Source: Prorocentrum cordatum (taxonomy: Eukaryota). Taken from it: DNA of 64,000 nucleotides. The notes below the pieces were generated by a model. The model had not been told where the DNA came from and did no database searches. It was given only the letters and a program-made list of their open reading frames with translations. Both the position numbers and the translations under genes were made by a program. Shown here one piece after another: positions 39,591 through 52,847 of the stretch; position 1 is the first letter of the stretch; every line of letters starts with the position of its first letter. The DNA lies in NCBI GenBank assembly GCA_963575745.1, contig CAUYUJ010000225.1, positions 1,426,001 through 1,490,000 on the forward strand, written 5' to 3'.

Positions 39591-41459
39591 CTCATCCTTA
39601 TCCTCATCCTCCCTTTCCCTCCCTCTCCTCATCCTCCTCTTCCTCCCCCACGTGCTCCCCGAAGGGCTTCCACGACGGCTAGGGGAACGCATGGTTCAAT
39701 AGCGTTGCCCAATTTTGCCCAGACGGTTGGCCACATAGGCATATCCTAGAAGGCAGGGTACGATTATACACTACCCCCCTCGCCCAACAGCGAAGCAGAT
39801 GCGTCGGACGACGACCATTGCCAGCGCCCCGCACGCGAGAATCCAGACGGCTCGCCCCGGCCCTCACCCGGAGACGCTGGACCGCCATGGGCCACGAAGG
39901 CCGCGTCGATGCGCGCGCCAACAACGCGGCCGCCAGGGGGGCCGAGTGTCTGCGGCCCTGCGTTGGCGCCACCTGCGAAGAAACCAGTGGCGCAGCCCTA
40001 CAGCGCGCGGAACAGTTATGAAGGCGAGTCAACCTCAAACCCTGGTGAGCAACTGCCTTAGGTCATGACTGCGGCATCCCCGCGAAATGCTGGGTCTGGC
40101 ATTGTTCGGACGACTGGCCCGATTGCATCCTGAGCGCCAGCGAGGGTCCGCCAATGGGCAAAAGGAAGTGGTGCGGAAATCCTGCGAGTCAGCTACATTA
40201 CCCATCCTCGCGGAAGAATGTAGAACAAAAGCGGCACGGGGATGCAGGCCAAAACGCAGTTCAGACATTGCGAGCGGGACCCTTCGTTCAAGTGGCATAC
40301 GTCTGCCAATGTTGCACCTTGACGAACGCACTGCGTAATGCACGACAGTTGGTTGGAACGGAAGTGTAAGGCCAAATCTAAAACCAGCCATGGCTGCGGC
40401 CCAGAAAGGGGTCCACTTTGAGGAACACCCTGGCGTTAAATGGCATCCGCCTCTCAGTGTTGCCGCGAGGCGCGCGCGCCAAGAAAAAGTGCATCGATGA
40501 CCTGGCAATGGCGCACATCCGCGCACGTTGCCAACATTGGATGGAGGACATTACTGCTGAATGGTTCTCCTGTCGTCATCGTCGCTGGAATTTCATCGAG
40601 TGTGATAGTTTCTCAAATACTGTTATGACTTGTCTTCAGGGTGCGTGCCCCCAATCAAGAAGGAATGCTCCGTAACAAGAAACAAGCGCAATGTACCACG
40701 AAGTAGCTCTCGGAGAAAACCAAAGTCACGCGTCAAATGGACGAAACCCCTCCAGTGGGAAACCTAGAGGGAAGCGAGACGGACACTCCAACAAGAGAGA
40801 GTGCTGCATCACCAGCTCCACGTGGAAGAGCAGGATACCAGATCATCAGTATCCACAGAAGCAAAGGGTATGCCTCTTAGATATCCGCGCGCCAAGGGAA
40901 CGGGCAATTCGTATTGGGTGGTCCCCCTCGTTCTCCACCTCCGCATGTTGTACATGGCGCCAAGCAGGCGCAACCGCAAAGGGAAGAAACGGCTTGGGGG
41001 CCAAAAGGGGCAGAAAAGGACATCTACAGCAAACGACCGTTTTGAGCGAACACTGGGCGGCCGACGTGTTGAGCTGGCGTCGAGCAACGGAGCGTGCAGA
41101 AGAGCTTCAGACGCAACCGGAATTACCCGCGGAGGCGCCAGGCAATATATTCTTTGGTGACGGCGCAAGTATGCTTCAGTTTATTTCCCACATGGCCCAA
41201 GAAAACCATGGATGCGCGACTCCATGTTTGCACTGATACACACACTGTGTACAGCCAAAGCTGATAATAAGGATGCGCGGAAGGACGCAAGGACCTTGGA
41301 ATGCCATGCTGTTTTTTTCGAGCGGAACAAAGCCGAAACCGAAGGACGCAAGGACACTTCATGCCGAGCAGGCGCTTGGGCCAGAAGGAAAACCAACGCA
41401 CGGACGTAAGGGTACCCTTGAAAGTCGCGCGTCCCTGCGGGCACGGCGCGTACCCAGAA

Positions 41460-42010
41460 GGGCATCCGTGGGCGGCGCCTATTTCGGCGGCAAAGATGCG
41501 CAAGGGCGCCTTGCCTGGCGCGAGTCCTCAAAGGCTGCTCCCCCAGATGCGCGCTGGTGCGCACATTGCGGCGGCAAGGTCGCGCAAGGGCGCCCTGCCT
41601 AGTCAGCATCCTTCGGTGGCGCCCCCAGGTGTGCGACGCTGTGCACAGCGCGGCGCCAAGGACACGCAACGGCGCCCTGCCTAGCCCGCATCCTTCGGTG
41701 GCGCCCATCGGTATTCGACGCTGTGCATGATGCGGCGGTAAAGACGCGCAACGGCATCGTGCCTGGCCCGCATCCTCGGGTGGCGTCCCCTCGGTGTGCG
41801 ACGCTGTGCACAGCGCGGCGGCAAGAACGCGCAACGGCGCCCTGCCTGGTCAGCATCCTTCGGTGGCGCCCCCAAGTGTGCGACGCTGTGCACAGCGCGG
41901 CGCCAAGGACGCGCAACGGCGCCCTGCCTGGCCCGCATCCTTCGGTGGCGCCCATCGGTGTTCGACGCTGCGCATGGCGGCAAAGACGCGCAATGGCGCC
42001 CTGTCTGGCC
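41460..42010. repeat. ~82-bp tandem repeat, ~6 copies
   Basis: CATCCTTCGGTGG-like anchors at 41607, 41688, 41771, 41854 and 41936. Confidence 0.85.
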
Positions 42011-42208
42011 CGCGTGCGTTCCTACTCCACGTGCTCCCCCCTCGCAGCGCGCACCGCACAAGTGACCCACCGGCGGGTGGGTCACCCGAAAACTGGTGGA
42101 GAAAAACGAATACTTGTTTCGGATGCATCATGCGCATCAACCCGAGTTGGTGCCTTCCAACTCCATAGGTTCCCCCTTTGCAGCGCGCACCGCACAGGCG
42201 ACCCACTC

Positions 42209-43350
42209 TTTTGCCAAGCGTATCCATATCAGTGCAACATACAAGGCATTCTGTGTACACCCGCCTCAGGCTCGCCTGGCAACGGCTATGCTGCGCCAGG
42301 GTCGCCGAGAAGCAGTTGACTGCGTGGTCTAGGACTGAGTATGCCCACTCTTTCGGGCACCCCTGGTCCAGTCTGTCTCCAGCGTTGCGGCGTGCGGTTG
42401 GCTATCCTCTTCAGGACCTGCCACAACCAACCACACGGGGCAAGCCGACGCTGTCACGAACGACACCTCTGTCTCCGACTGTGCGAAAACACCACGCGTA
42501 CCTCTTGAATGCAAAGATACACTGTGTCTGGTTGTATTCTGGGACTCCTTCGTACACGCGAAAACTGCCAGAAGATGTCAAGCCAGGCTCTGAGAACCTG
42601 CTGGTTTGGCCGTCATCAAAGAAGGGAGGAAACAACTGCCCCCTCTTTCGTGACACCGCCGGCAACTGCAGCTAAGCCGGGCGATTGGATTGCCCCATTT
42701 TCCTTGAGAGGACACTAACCACGGCCCAGGGGTGTGAGCTACCCGACCCGTGCGTTAGGCGCTCGTGGACAATCAGAGCGCACCTGCGTGCGACCCCCCA
42801 TTTTTGGTAAAGCCACCACTGCTACCTCTCTGACTGTTGGGAGAAAGGCCGCACCACCGAAAACGAGTTCCTGGAGAGACTTTCGGCTGATAGCCAATCT
42901 TTTGCCAAGCATATCCATATTAGTGCAACATACAAGGCATTCTGTGTACACCCGCCTCAGGCTCGCTTTTCAACCGCTATGCCGCGCCAGGGTCGCTGAG
43001 AAGCAGTTGACTGCGCAGCTTCCTTTGGTCTCCTTTCTGGTCTAGGACTGAGTATGCCCACTTTTTCGGGCACCCATGGTCCAGTCCGTCTCCAGCGTTT
43101 CAGCGTGCGGTTGGCTATCCTCTTCAGGACCTGCCACAACCAACCTCACGGGGCAAGCCGACGCTGTCACGAACGACAACACTGTCTCCGACTGTGCGAA
43201 AACACCACGCGTACCTCTTGAATGCAAAGATACACTGTGTCTGGTTGTATTCTGGGACTCCTTCGTACACGCCAAAACTGCCAGAAGATGTCAAGCCAGG
43301 CTCTGAGAACCTGCTGGTTTGGCCTTCATCAAAGAAGGGAGGAAACAACT
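42209..43350 (+). repeat. ~430-bp direct duplication (42209-42638 and 42900-43350)
   Basis: Both copies run TTTGCCAAGC...GGAGGAAACAACTG with high similarity. Confidence 0.9.
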
Positions 43351-45840
43351 GACCCACTGGCGGGTGGGTCACCCCAAAACAGGTGGAGAAAAACAAATAC
43401 TTGTTTCGGCTGCATTCTGGGCACCAACCTGGGTTGGTGCATTCCTACTCCATGTGCTTCCCCTGTGCAGCGCGCACCGCACAGGCGACCCACCGGCGGG
43501 TGGGTCACCCGAAAACTGGTGGAGAAAAACGACAGCGCGAACCGCACTGGTGACCCACCAGCGGGTGGGCCATCCGAAAACTGGTTGCGAAAAAACCATC
43601 GTTTCACTTGCGCTCTGGGCATCAACCTGAGGTGGTGCATTCCTGCCCCATACGATTTCCCAGTGTTGCGCGCGCCGCACGGGCGAATCACCAACGGGTG
43701 GGTTGCCCGAAAACTGGTTGCGAGGAACCCATCGTATCACTTGCATTCTGGGCACCAACCTGAGTTGGTACACTCCTGCTCCATACGCTTCCTGTGTTGC
43801 GCGCACTGCACAGGTGACCCACCAGCAGGTGGGTCACGCGAAAATTGATTCAGATAAACAAGCCATTTCATTTGCATTCTGGGCCTCATATTGAGTTGGT
43901 GCGTTCCCACTCCAGTCGCTTCCCATGTGTAGCGCGCGCCGCACAGGTGACCCACCAACGGGTGGGTGACCAGAAAAATGGTGGATCAAAAACAATCGTT
44001 TCACTTGCATGTTGGGACTCATCCTGAGTTCGAGCACTCCTACTTCATACGCTTCCCCTGAGTAGCGCGCACCGCACCGGTGACCCACCAGCGGTTGGGT
44101 CGACCGAAAACTGGGTTTGATAAAACAACTGTTTCACTTGAGTTCTGGGCCTCATGTTGAATTTGTGCATTCCTACTTCATACGTTTCCCTCGTGTGGCG
44201 CGCGCCGCACGGGTGACCCACCAATGGGTGGGTCGGCCGAAAACTAGTGGAGAAAACCAATCGTTTCACTTGCATGCTGGGACTCATTCTGAGTTTGCGC
44301 ACTCCTACTTCATACGTTTCACCTGTGTAGCGCGCACCGCACAGGTGACCCTCCAGCGGGTGGGTCGCCCGAGAGCTGGGTTTGATGCGCCAACTGTTTC
44401 ACTTGAACTCTGGGCCTCATGTTGAATAGGTGCCATCCTACTCCAGTCGCTTCCCCCGTGTAGCGCGCGGCGCAGAGGCGACCCACCGGCGGGTGGGTCC
44501 CCCCAAAACTGGTTGAGAAAAGCCAGCCCTTCTTTTGCATTCTCGGCATCAACCTAGATTAGTGCACTCCTACTCAATACGGTTCCCCTGTGTAGCGCGC
44601 GCCGCACAGATGACCCACCAGCGGTGGGTCACCCTAAAAATGGTTGAGAAACAACCCATGCCTACCTTGCAAGGCTGGTGCATTTCTATTCCAGACGCCC
44701 CCCCTGCGCAGCGCGCGCCGCACAGTTGACCCACCAGCGGGTGGGTCAGTCGAATACGATTCTTGAACTCAACAATGAATTGTTTCACTTGTTTAATTTT
44801 GGACATCAATCTGAGTTGGTACACTCCTGCTCAAAACGCTTCCCCTGTGCGGCGCGCACCGCACAGGTGACCCACCAACGGATGGATCGCCCGAACACTG
44901 GTTGAGAACAACCCAGCTGCTCTACTTGCGCTTCGGGCATCAATATTGGCTGGTGCATCCCTGCTCCAAACGCTTCTCCTGTGTGGCGCGCACCGCACAG
45001 GTGACCCACCAGCGGGTGGGTCACCAGAAAACTGGTTCAGAAATACCAATTGTTCCACTTGAATTCTGGGCATCAACATATAAGTTCGTGAATTCCTTCT
45101 CCATACACTTTCCCTGTGTTGCGAGCACCGTCCAGGTCACCCACCAGCGGGTGGCTCACCCGAAAACTGGTTCAGAAATACCCATCGTTTCACTTACATT
45201 CAGGGCATCAACATAAGTTCGTGAATTCCTACTCGATACACTTCCCCTGTGTTGCGCGCGCCGCACAGGGGATGTAACAGTGCGTGGAACATCCAAAAGC
45301 TGGTTTCGTTCCACTTGCGTTTTTGGCATCAACCTGAGGTGGCGCATTCCTGCTTCATACGCTTCCCCGGTGTTGCGCGAACCGAAAAAGTGACACCAAC
45401 CAGCGGGTGGGTCATCTAAAAGCTGGTTAAGAAAAACAAATCCTTCCACTTGCGTTTTCAGCATCAACTTGAGGTGGTGCATTCCTGCTCCGTACTCTTC
45501 CTTTGTGTTGCGCGCACGACACAAATGACCCGCCAGCGGGTGGGTCACCCGAAAGCCGGTTGAGAAAAACCCAGTGTTACACTTACATTCAAGGCATCAG
45601 CCTGAATTGGTGCACTCCTACGCCATACGCTTCCACCGTTCAGCGCGCAGTGCACAGGTGACCCACCAGCGGGTGTATCACCCGAACACCGATTGAGAAA
45701 AAACAGCTGTTACACTTGCATCTGCGCCTCAACATGAGTTGATGCCTTTCCTACTCCATACGCTTCCCCACGTGTAGCGCGCGCCGCACAGGTGACCCAC
45801 CAGCGGATGGGTCACTCAAAAGCTGGCCGGTAAATTCTGG
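43350..45840. repeat. ~133-bp tandem array, ~19 diverged copies, each with palindrome GTGACCCACC-AGCG-GGTGGGTCAC
   Basis: Anchors at 43814, 43947, 44080, 44213, 44345, 44478 ... 45658, 45792; outlying copy at 42062. Confidence 0.9.
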
Positions 45841-47257
45841 GCATCAGCATGCGCTGAGGAGGAGAAAAAGGAGGAGGAGGAGGAGGAGGAGGAGGAGCAG
45901 GAGCAGAAGGAGCAGGAGGAGGAGCAGGAGGAGGAGGGGGGGAGGAGCAGGGGGAGAAGGACGGCGAGGAGGGAAAGTACATGAGTAGCAGGGACAGGGG
46001 AAGAGGGAGGAGGATTTAGAAAGGGAGAGATGAAGAGAAGGAAGAGGAGGAGGAGCAGGAGGAGGAAGCGGAAAATGGCGAATGGTGCCGTGCCCACCCA
46101 GCATCCTCAGGGCCGCGCCCAACCGTGAGTGGGAGAGCAAGGAGGGCGTGCCCAAGAATGAGTAAAGGTGCCCTGGCCGTCGCGGATCTTTGGGGCCGCG
46201 CCCCCCGCGAAAGAAAGGGACGGCAAAAACGGGGCTGAAGATAGCCAAGGGTGCCCTGCCCATCCTCAGGGCCGCTTCCCACCCGTGAGTGGGAGGGCAA
46301 GGAAAACATGCCCAAGCATGAGCAGAGGTGCCCTGCCCGTCGCGCATCCTTGGGGCCGCGGCCCCCATGAATGTAGAAGAGGATGGCCGAGGGGGCCCTG
46401 CCCATCGCGCATCCTGTGTAGGCTTGGCCCACAGGGGCATAGCGCTGCGCGATCGAAGGATGCAGCCCGCCCCAAGGGAACCCTGAGGGGCTGGCCAACG
46501 AAAATTTCCACGGATGGGTCGAAAGGGCAACGATGCAAATGCAACCTTGGAGAATTGTGTAAACCGTGATATCGTTCCGCCTCTCTCGTTCTACCTCCTT
46601 CCAGGTCTCAGCAGCGGTTGGAACTCAATGCCAATGACACCAGCTGAATGTGTCTTGGCTGTTGCAACCAAGTCCAAACCTGCAGCAGGTCTGGCGTCTA
46701 GACAGTTTATACAATTTCGGGACACAAATCAAGAAGGGTGTGCATCGGAAGGACGGGCGCAGGCGTCCCGCCATCCAGGAAATAGTTAAAGGCTTCGTGC
46801 AGCGAGCCATTGAGGCTCTGTGCCGCTAAGCTTGCAGCCCAGCGGCGCACGAATTCACGCGTTGGAGTGCGCTGGCGCTTACAGATTCAGAACCTAGCTC
46901 CGAAACCCGAACCGATACTTCAGGACCCTGGCCCCCAGGGGGGGGGGGGGGCAGGTTGGGCGGGCATTGGCCACGCAGGGGTCTCCCTGGTCGGTTGCTG
47001 GCCATCTCGGCCCAAGGCCCCAGGGCAGTAAATTAGCTCTCCACGAAACGAATGGCAACACAAATATTCAACAAGTCTCCTCGTGGCCTCTGCGGATCGC
47101 TCACGAACGGCTGACCAAGGTTTGTTCGGAGCACCCCTGGGGGCTCAGCCCACTGCTGGCAAAGTCTTCCCTGCGTGTCTTTGGGGCCCGTGTCCAGTGC
47201 GAAGGCACACTGGCCTTGCCGATCGGCTCGGAGCGCTGCTTGGCGGAGGTCCCTGCT

Positions 47258-47925
47258 CCCTCCTCCTCTTCCTCCTCCTCCTCCTCCTCCTCCTCCTCCT
47301 CCTCCTCCTCCTCCTCCTCCTCCTCCCCCTCCCCCTGCCCCTGCCCCTCCCCCTGCCCCTCCCCCTCCCCCTCCCCCTGCCCCTCCCCCTCACCTCGCCC
47401 CCCCCCTCCCCCTGCCCCTCCCCCTCCCTCCTCCTCCTCCTCCTTCCTCCTCCTCCTCCTCCTCCTCCTCCTCTCCTCCTCCTTCCTCCTCCGCCTCCGC
47501 CTCCTCCAACTCCCCGCCTCCTTCGCTCCGCCTTCCGCTCCGCTCCGCCTCCTCCGCCTCCACCTCCGCCTCCGCCTCCGCCTCTCCTTTTCCCCTCCCT
47601 CCTTCTCTCCTCCTCCTCCTCCTCCTCCTCCTCCTCCTCCTCCTCCTCCCTCCTCCTCCTCCTCCTCCTCGCCCCTCCCCTCTCCTCCACCCTCGTCCTC
47701 TCCCCCATCCCCTTCCCCCTCTCCTCCCCCTCCCCCTCCTCCTCCTCCCTCGTCTCCCTCCTCCTCCTCCTCCTCCTCCTCCTCCTCCTCTCCTCCTCCC
47801 TCCTCCTCCTCCCCCTCCTCCTCCTCCCTCCCTCCTTCCTCCTCCTCCTCCATCTCCTCCTCCTCCTCCTCCTCCTCCTCCTCCTCCTCCTCCTCCTCCT
47901 CCTCCTCCTCCTCCTTCTCCTCCTC
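47258..47925. repeat. (CCT)n/C-rich microsatellite
   Basis: Direct reading. Confidence 0.95.
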
Positions 47926-48469
47926 TGATGATGATGATGATGATTACTACTGCGATTGTTACTACTACTGTTATTCGTGTTATTACTACTTGTGTTTGTC
48001 CTATTGGTAGTAGTAGTATTCGGATTGTTACTATATGTTTTGTGATTCCTCGTCTGATTTTTATTGTAGGTAAAAAGTCGTATGATGTGTCTTACTATGC
48101 TTCCCTTAGTAACATTCTTCGTAAACTGTATAGTAGTATTACTCTTAAGTATAATACTTGCATTGTCGCATTCCTCTTCTTAGTGTCATTGTTATTATTT
48201 GCATTCGTGTCATTATTAAGTTTACTCACTAATCGTATCGTTTGTATGTTTATTATTATTCGTCTTATCATTATAATTATTATTATGTCTTTGCTGATTG
48301 TGTTTATCTTGACTATTCGTATTACTGATACGCTTACTCTTATCATTATCATTATTATTAGTAGTATTACGATTGTTATTAGTATTCCTCCTCCTCCTCC
48401 TCCTCCTCCTCCTCCTCCTCCCCCCGCCTCCTCCTCCTCCTCCTCCTCCTCTTCCTCCTCCTCCTCCTC

Positions 48470-49180
48470 CTCCATTCCTTTCCTAATCCATAATTTCTCC
48501 CTGTCGCACCCCGAGGCCAGTTTTTAGGGCGGTCCGGGCGTTTCGCCTGAGATTTCCTCACCATTTATGACCCTGAAGCTTAACACATTGACAACAGTTT
48601 CACAAATGGAGGGCGGGTCGTTTTCAAAATGTGGCTCTCTCGCCTAAGCGCCGCGCGCATTCGTTTAAAAGACTTGCAAGAGTTTCACGGATTGAAGGCG
48701 GTTCCTTTTCAAAATGTGGCTCTCGCCTAAGCGCCGCGCACATTCGTTTTACAAGTTTGCAAGAGTTTCACGGATTGAAAGCGGTTCCTTTTCAAAATGT
48801 GGCTCTCGCCTGAGCGCCGCGCACATTCGTTTTACAATTTTGCAAGAGTTGCACGGATTCCCATGATCAGCGTAACAGAAATAGTGTTTTCGAAGGATTC
48901 AAGCATATGAGGGTGCAACAATTACGTTGATTCGCGGTGTTGAAGTCCCAAGAATGGCGTTCTGGCACGATTCAGAATCGCCAAGACGCAGCAGTCAAGT
49001 TGATCCGTGACGTTGAAATCCCGAGAACGATGTTTTGACATGCGTCAGGGTCGTCAAACGGTTGTCTTCCACGAGGCAATTCTCTCAGTGGAAATGAACC
49101 CTTGTAGGGGCCTATGAAAAGGGATCCTGGAGGGAGGGTCTATTCCAACATCGTTGATGACTCTTGGGTTTGCACTGGTC
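48470..49180 (+). mobile_element. ~700-bp interspersed element flanked by (TCC)n; inverted partner at 51876-52560
   Basis: TCTCCCTGTCGCACCC...TTTTTAGGGCGGTCCGG and GATGACTCTTGGG ends match the reverse complement of 51876-52560; internal ~84-bp repeats. Confidence 0.85.
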
Positions 49181-49571
49181 CTTCTCCTTCGTCCTCCTCA
49201 ATCCTCCTCCGTCCTCCTCCGTCGTCCTCCGTCCTCCTCCGTCCTCCTCCGTCATCCTCCATCCTCCTCCGTCCACCTCCGTCCTCCTCCGACCTCCTCC
49301 GACCTCCTCCGTCCCCCTGCGTCATCCTCCTCCCCCTCCTCCTCCTCCTCCTCCTCCTCCTCCCCCTCGGTCCTCTTCCTCCTCCTCCTCCTCCTCCTCC
49401 TCCTCCTCTCCTCTCCTCCTCCTCCTCCTCCTCCTCCTCCTTCTCCTCCTCCCCCTCGGTCCTCTTCCTCCTCCTCCTCCTCCTCCTCCTCTCCTCCTCG
49501 GCCTCTCCTCCGTCCTCCCCCCTCGTCTTCCGGCCCTCCTCCGTTCTCCGGGGCACACGGGGGGCGGGGGC

Positions 49572-49662
49572 CTCGCGGGAGGGCCCGCGGCCGGGCAGCT
49601 CGCGAACCCGGCCGAGGGGGAAGCCCAGGAACGCCAGCGGCAGGTTGAGGGGGACCGCGTAC
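49572..49662 (-). CDS. DUF4336-family gene, exon 4 (YAVPLNLPLAFLGFPLGRVRELPGRGPSRE)
   Basis: Fits the WSFPLNLPLSWLG block of DUF4336; 91 nt; phase fits exon 3 (CA+G = Gln); GAG|GC donor. Confidence 0.9.
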
Positions 49663-50293
49663 CTCCGACGGAGCGAGCGCGAGGCGGGGATTCATCAATC
49701 TCGATCTTTCTTTTCTTTTTAGAAATCGAGATTGTAATGATGACGTCTTATTTTCTTTTTTAAATAAATGAATGAAAGAAGAGAACCTTGGAAGTGCTTG
49801 CTCGTGAATCTTAATTGTGGCGAGCGGTTAAGCGCTCAATAGGCCACAATTAATCACGAGCTAAGCCCTCCGGTTCTCTTGCTTAAAGATGGGCCGCTCC
49901 ATATCCGCCGCCTGGGAAGGTGGATGTGTATATATTTTGGCCCCCGGGGGCCCGAACTTGTTCACATCCACCGCCTGCCGAGGTCCCCGAAGATTGATTC
50001 TCCAGGCGGTGGTCATGTATAAATTCCCCCCTCGGAGCGAGGCTTGATTTCTCCAGGGGAGTATGTGTTCCAGTCCGCGGGCACAAGCGGGCACGAGGCC
50101 GGTGCAGGTGGCGGCCAAAGCAATGGGGGGAGCGCGCCGGAAGCAATGTGGGGCGCGACGGGACGGGGGAGGACAAGAGGGGCAGAGAAGAAGGAGCCGC
50201 TTTTGGGGAACGAGCGGTGAGCGCGCCAGCGCCGCCAGGCGGGGGGCCCCAGCGCCGATCCGAGCAATCCGCGCGGACCTCCGAATTGGTACG

Positions 50294-50377
50294 TGTATGT
50301 GACTGCTTGTTTCCCTACTCTGACTGTCCAGGGCATGTATGTGACTGCTTGTTTCCCTACTCTGACTGTCCAGGGCA
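50294..50377. repeat. Exact 42-bp tandem duplication in intron 3
   Basis: TGTATGTGACTGCTTGTTTCCCTACTCTGACTGTCCAGGGCA x2. Confidence 0.95.
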
Positions 50378-50761
50378 ATTCTCTGGAGGCGCCGAGGAGC
50401 TGGCCAGGACGCGGCGGGCGCGGCCGGTGCGTGCGGAGCCCGTCTGCTGACCGGGAGGCCTGGTTGAGGGTGCCAGGCCGCTGGCCAGGAGGAGAGGGCG
50501 GCAGGGGTGCGCGCCGAGGAGAGGGGAGGACGCGGCTGACGCGGCTGCGGGCCTGGGACAGCGACCAGTGTTGGCGGCGCGCAGAGGGGGGTAGGAGAAG
50601 GGGGGAAGGATTCTTAGCACCCCTGCTTCTTAGAAGGCGCGGGCCTTCTCTGTAGATGTAGAGTTGGCGCCTTCTAAGAAGCTGCCTCCTTCTAAGAAGC
50701 CTTCCCTCCTCCCCCTACCCCCTTGTGCGCGCCGCCCAAAAAGAGGATGGCGGGCGGGCAC

Positions 50762-50880
50762 TGCCCGGGCGCGATCCAGACCTCGGCGTCCGGCAGGCGC
50801 TGCGCCAGCGGACCAGCAAAGGTCTTATGCTCGACCGCCACAGTGGGGAGCACGATGTACTTCACAGGGCCGTATCTCTC
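50762..50880 (-). CDS. DUF4336-family gene, exon 3 (ERYGPVKYIVLPTVAVEHKTFAGPLAQRLPDAEVWIAPG)
   Basis: Hallmark GxVKYIxLPT...EHKxFxGP; 119 nt; AG acceptor at 50882-50881; GT donor at 50761. Confidence 0.93.
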
Positions 50881-51002
50881 CTCGAGCATCATGCGGGGGT
50901 GGGGGGAGTGCCATACAGGTGACGTGAGGAGGAGGAGGAGGAGGAGGAGGAGGAGGAGGACAAGGAGGAGGAGGAGGTGGTGGAGGAGGAGGAGGGGGAG
51001 GA

Positions 51003-51580
51003 GGACAAGCTAGGTGCGCTCGCGTCATATCTGACGTCCTACCCCTCCCTCCCATCCTTACCATGGCGCTGATTTTCTCTATCCGCGGACGCGTGTCGTA
51101 GCGGACCTGTGGCTCCGCGCGCGCGTGCGTAGTGGGTGGTGGTGCACGTGCGTGCGTGCGTGCGTGTGTGCGTGGTTGTGGTGGTGGTGGTGGTGGTGGT
51201 GGTGGTGGTGGTGGTGGTGGTGGTGGTGGTGGTGGTGGTGGTGGGTGGTGGTGGTGGTGGTGGTGGTGCGGCGCGGTGGTGGCGGGCGGATGGGCGCGCG
51301 AGAAAGAGGCCCGCGCTGGGGCGAGAACGCCATCCTGAACGACGGAGGCCAAACACCGATCCGAAAATGAGGCCCACGCTGCAGCGGGAGCACGATTCGG
51401 AACGATTCGGGAGCAGAAATGAGGCCGGCGCCTCAGCGAGAGCAGCATTTTGAAAAAAAACACAAGCGAAACCCGTTTCCCGGGAATCCTGTGTGTAAAA
51501 AACAATACGCGGGGGGGTGTCGGATATCTTCGGGACGCCATCAGGGGAAGTGGGAGAGTATTTTCATATTGTGTAATTGT
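51003..51580 (-). mobile_element. ~580-bp SINE-like element, copy 1, flanked by (TCC)n
   Basis: Near-identical to 58939-59524 apart from the internal (GGT)n; hairpin CGTCA-gata-TGACG near the minus-strand 3' end. Confidence 0.7.
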
Positions 51581-51806
51581 GGAGGAGGTGGAGGAGGAGG
51601 AGGAGGAGGAGGAGGAGGAGGAGGAGGAGGAGGAGGGGAGGAGGAGGAGAGGAGGGAGGAGGAGGAGGAGGAGGAGGAGGGAGGAAGGAGAAGGAGGAGG
51701 GAGGAGAGAGGAGGGGAGAGGAGGAGGAGGAGGAGGAGGAGGAGGAGGAGGAGGAGGAGGAGGAGGAGGAGGAGGAGGAGGAGGAGGAGGAGGAGGAAGA
51801 AGAAGA

Positions 51807-51837
<31 letters not shown>

Positions 51838-51875
51838 GAGGAGGAGGAGGAGGAAGAGGAGGAGGAGGAGGACGA

Positions 51876-52560
51876 GGACTGGTGAAGACCCAAGAGTCAT
51901 CAAAGATGTTGGCATAAACACTCCCTCCAAACTCCGTTTTCATAGGCCCTTACAACGGTTCATTTCCACAGGGAATTGCTTCGTTGGAAGACAACCGTTT
52001 AAAGACCCTGAAGCATGCCAAAACATTGTTGCCGGGATTCCAACGCCACGGATCAACCTGCCTGTTGCGCTTTGACGGTCTTGAACCGCGCCAGAACACG
52101 TACCTGTTGCACCTTCATTATCCAACATTCGTCCAAAACACCATTTCTGGTACGCTGCCTCTGGGAACCCATGAAACTCTTGCAAGTATTACAAACGAAT
52201 GTGCGCGGCGCTCAGGCGAGAGCCACATTTTGAAAAGGAACCGCCCTCAATATATGAAGCCTTTTTGCAAGTTTGTCATACGAATGTGCGCGGCGCCTGG
52301 GCGAGAGCCACATTTTGAAAACGGCCCGCCCTCCATCTGTGAAGCTCTTACAAATGTTTAAAACGAGTGTGCGCGGCGCTAAGGCTAGAGCCACATTTTG
52401 AAAACGGCCTGCCCTCCATGTGCGAAACTGTTTTCAACTTTTAAGCTTCAGTGTCATACATAAGTCGTGAGGAAGTTCCAGGCGTAACGCCCGGACCGCC
52501 CTAAAAACTGACCTTTGGGTGCGACAGGGAGAAGTTATCTATAAGGAACAAAGAATGGAG
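51876..52560 (-). mobile_element. Inverted, diverged copy of the 48470-49180 element
   Basis: Reverse-complement alignment at both ends and over the internal GAGCCACATTTTGAAAA repeats. Confidence 0.85.
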
Positions 52561-52620
52561 GAAGAGGGGGAAGAGGAGGAGGAAAAGGAGGAGGAGGAGG
52601 AGGAGGAGGAGGAGGAGTTC

Positions 52621-52772
52621 CTCCAGACCGCGCAAGAGCGACATGCACTCGTCCGTGGGTGCCACGGCGCTGTAGAGCAGGAGGCCACCTGCCTCCAGCC
52701 TCAGTACGGTCATGCGGATGGGCACGTGGACGTACAGCAGGCCGATCTTCTGCTCGAGCCCCCAAACTTCGC
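52621..52772 (-). CDS. DUF4336-family gene, exon 2 (EVWGLEQKIGLLYVHVPIRMTVLRLEAGGLLLYSAVAPTDECMSLLRGLE)
   Basis: Hallmark LYVxVPIRMTVxxLxxGGLLxYxxVAPTxEC; 152 nt; non-canonical GAG|GA donor at 52620. Confidence 0.93.
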
Positions 52773-52809
52773 CTCGGCCGATGCGCAGGTTACGGAAGGC
52801 AACGGCCGG

Positions 52810-52816
52810 GAGGAGA

Positions 52817-52847
<31 letters not shown>

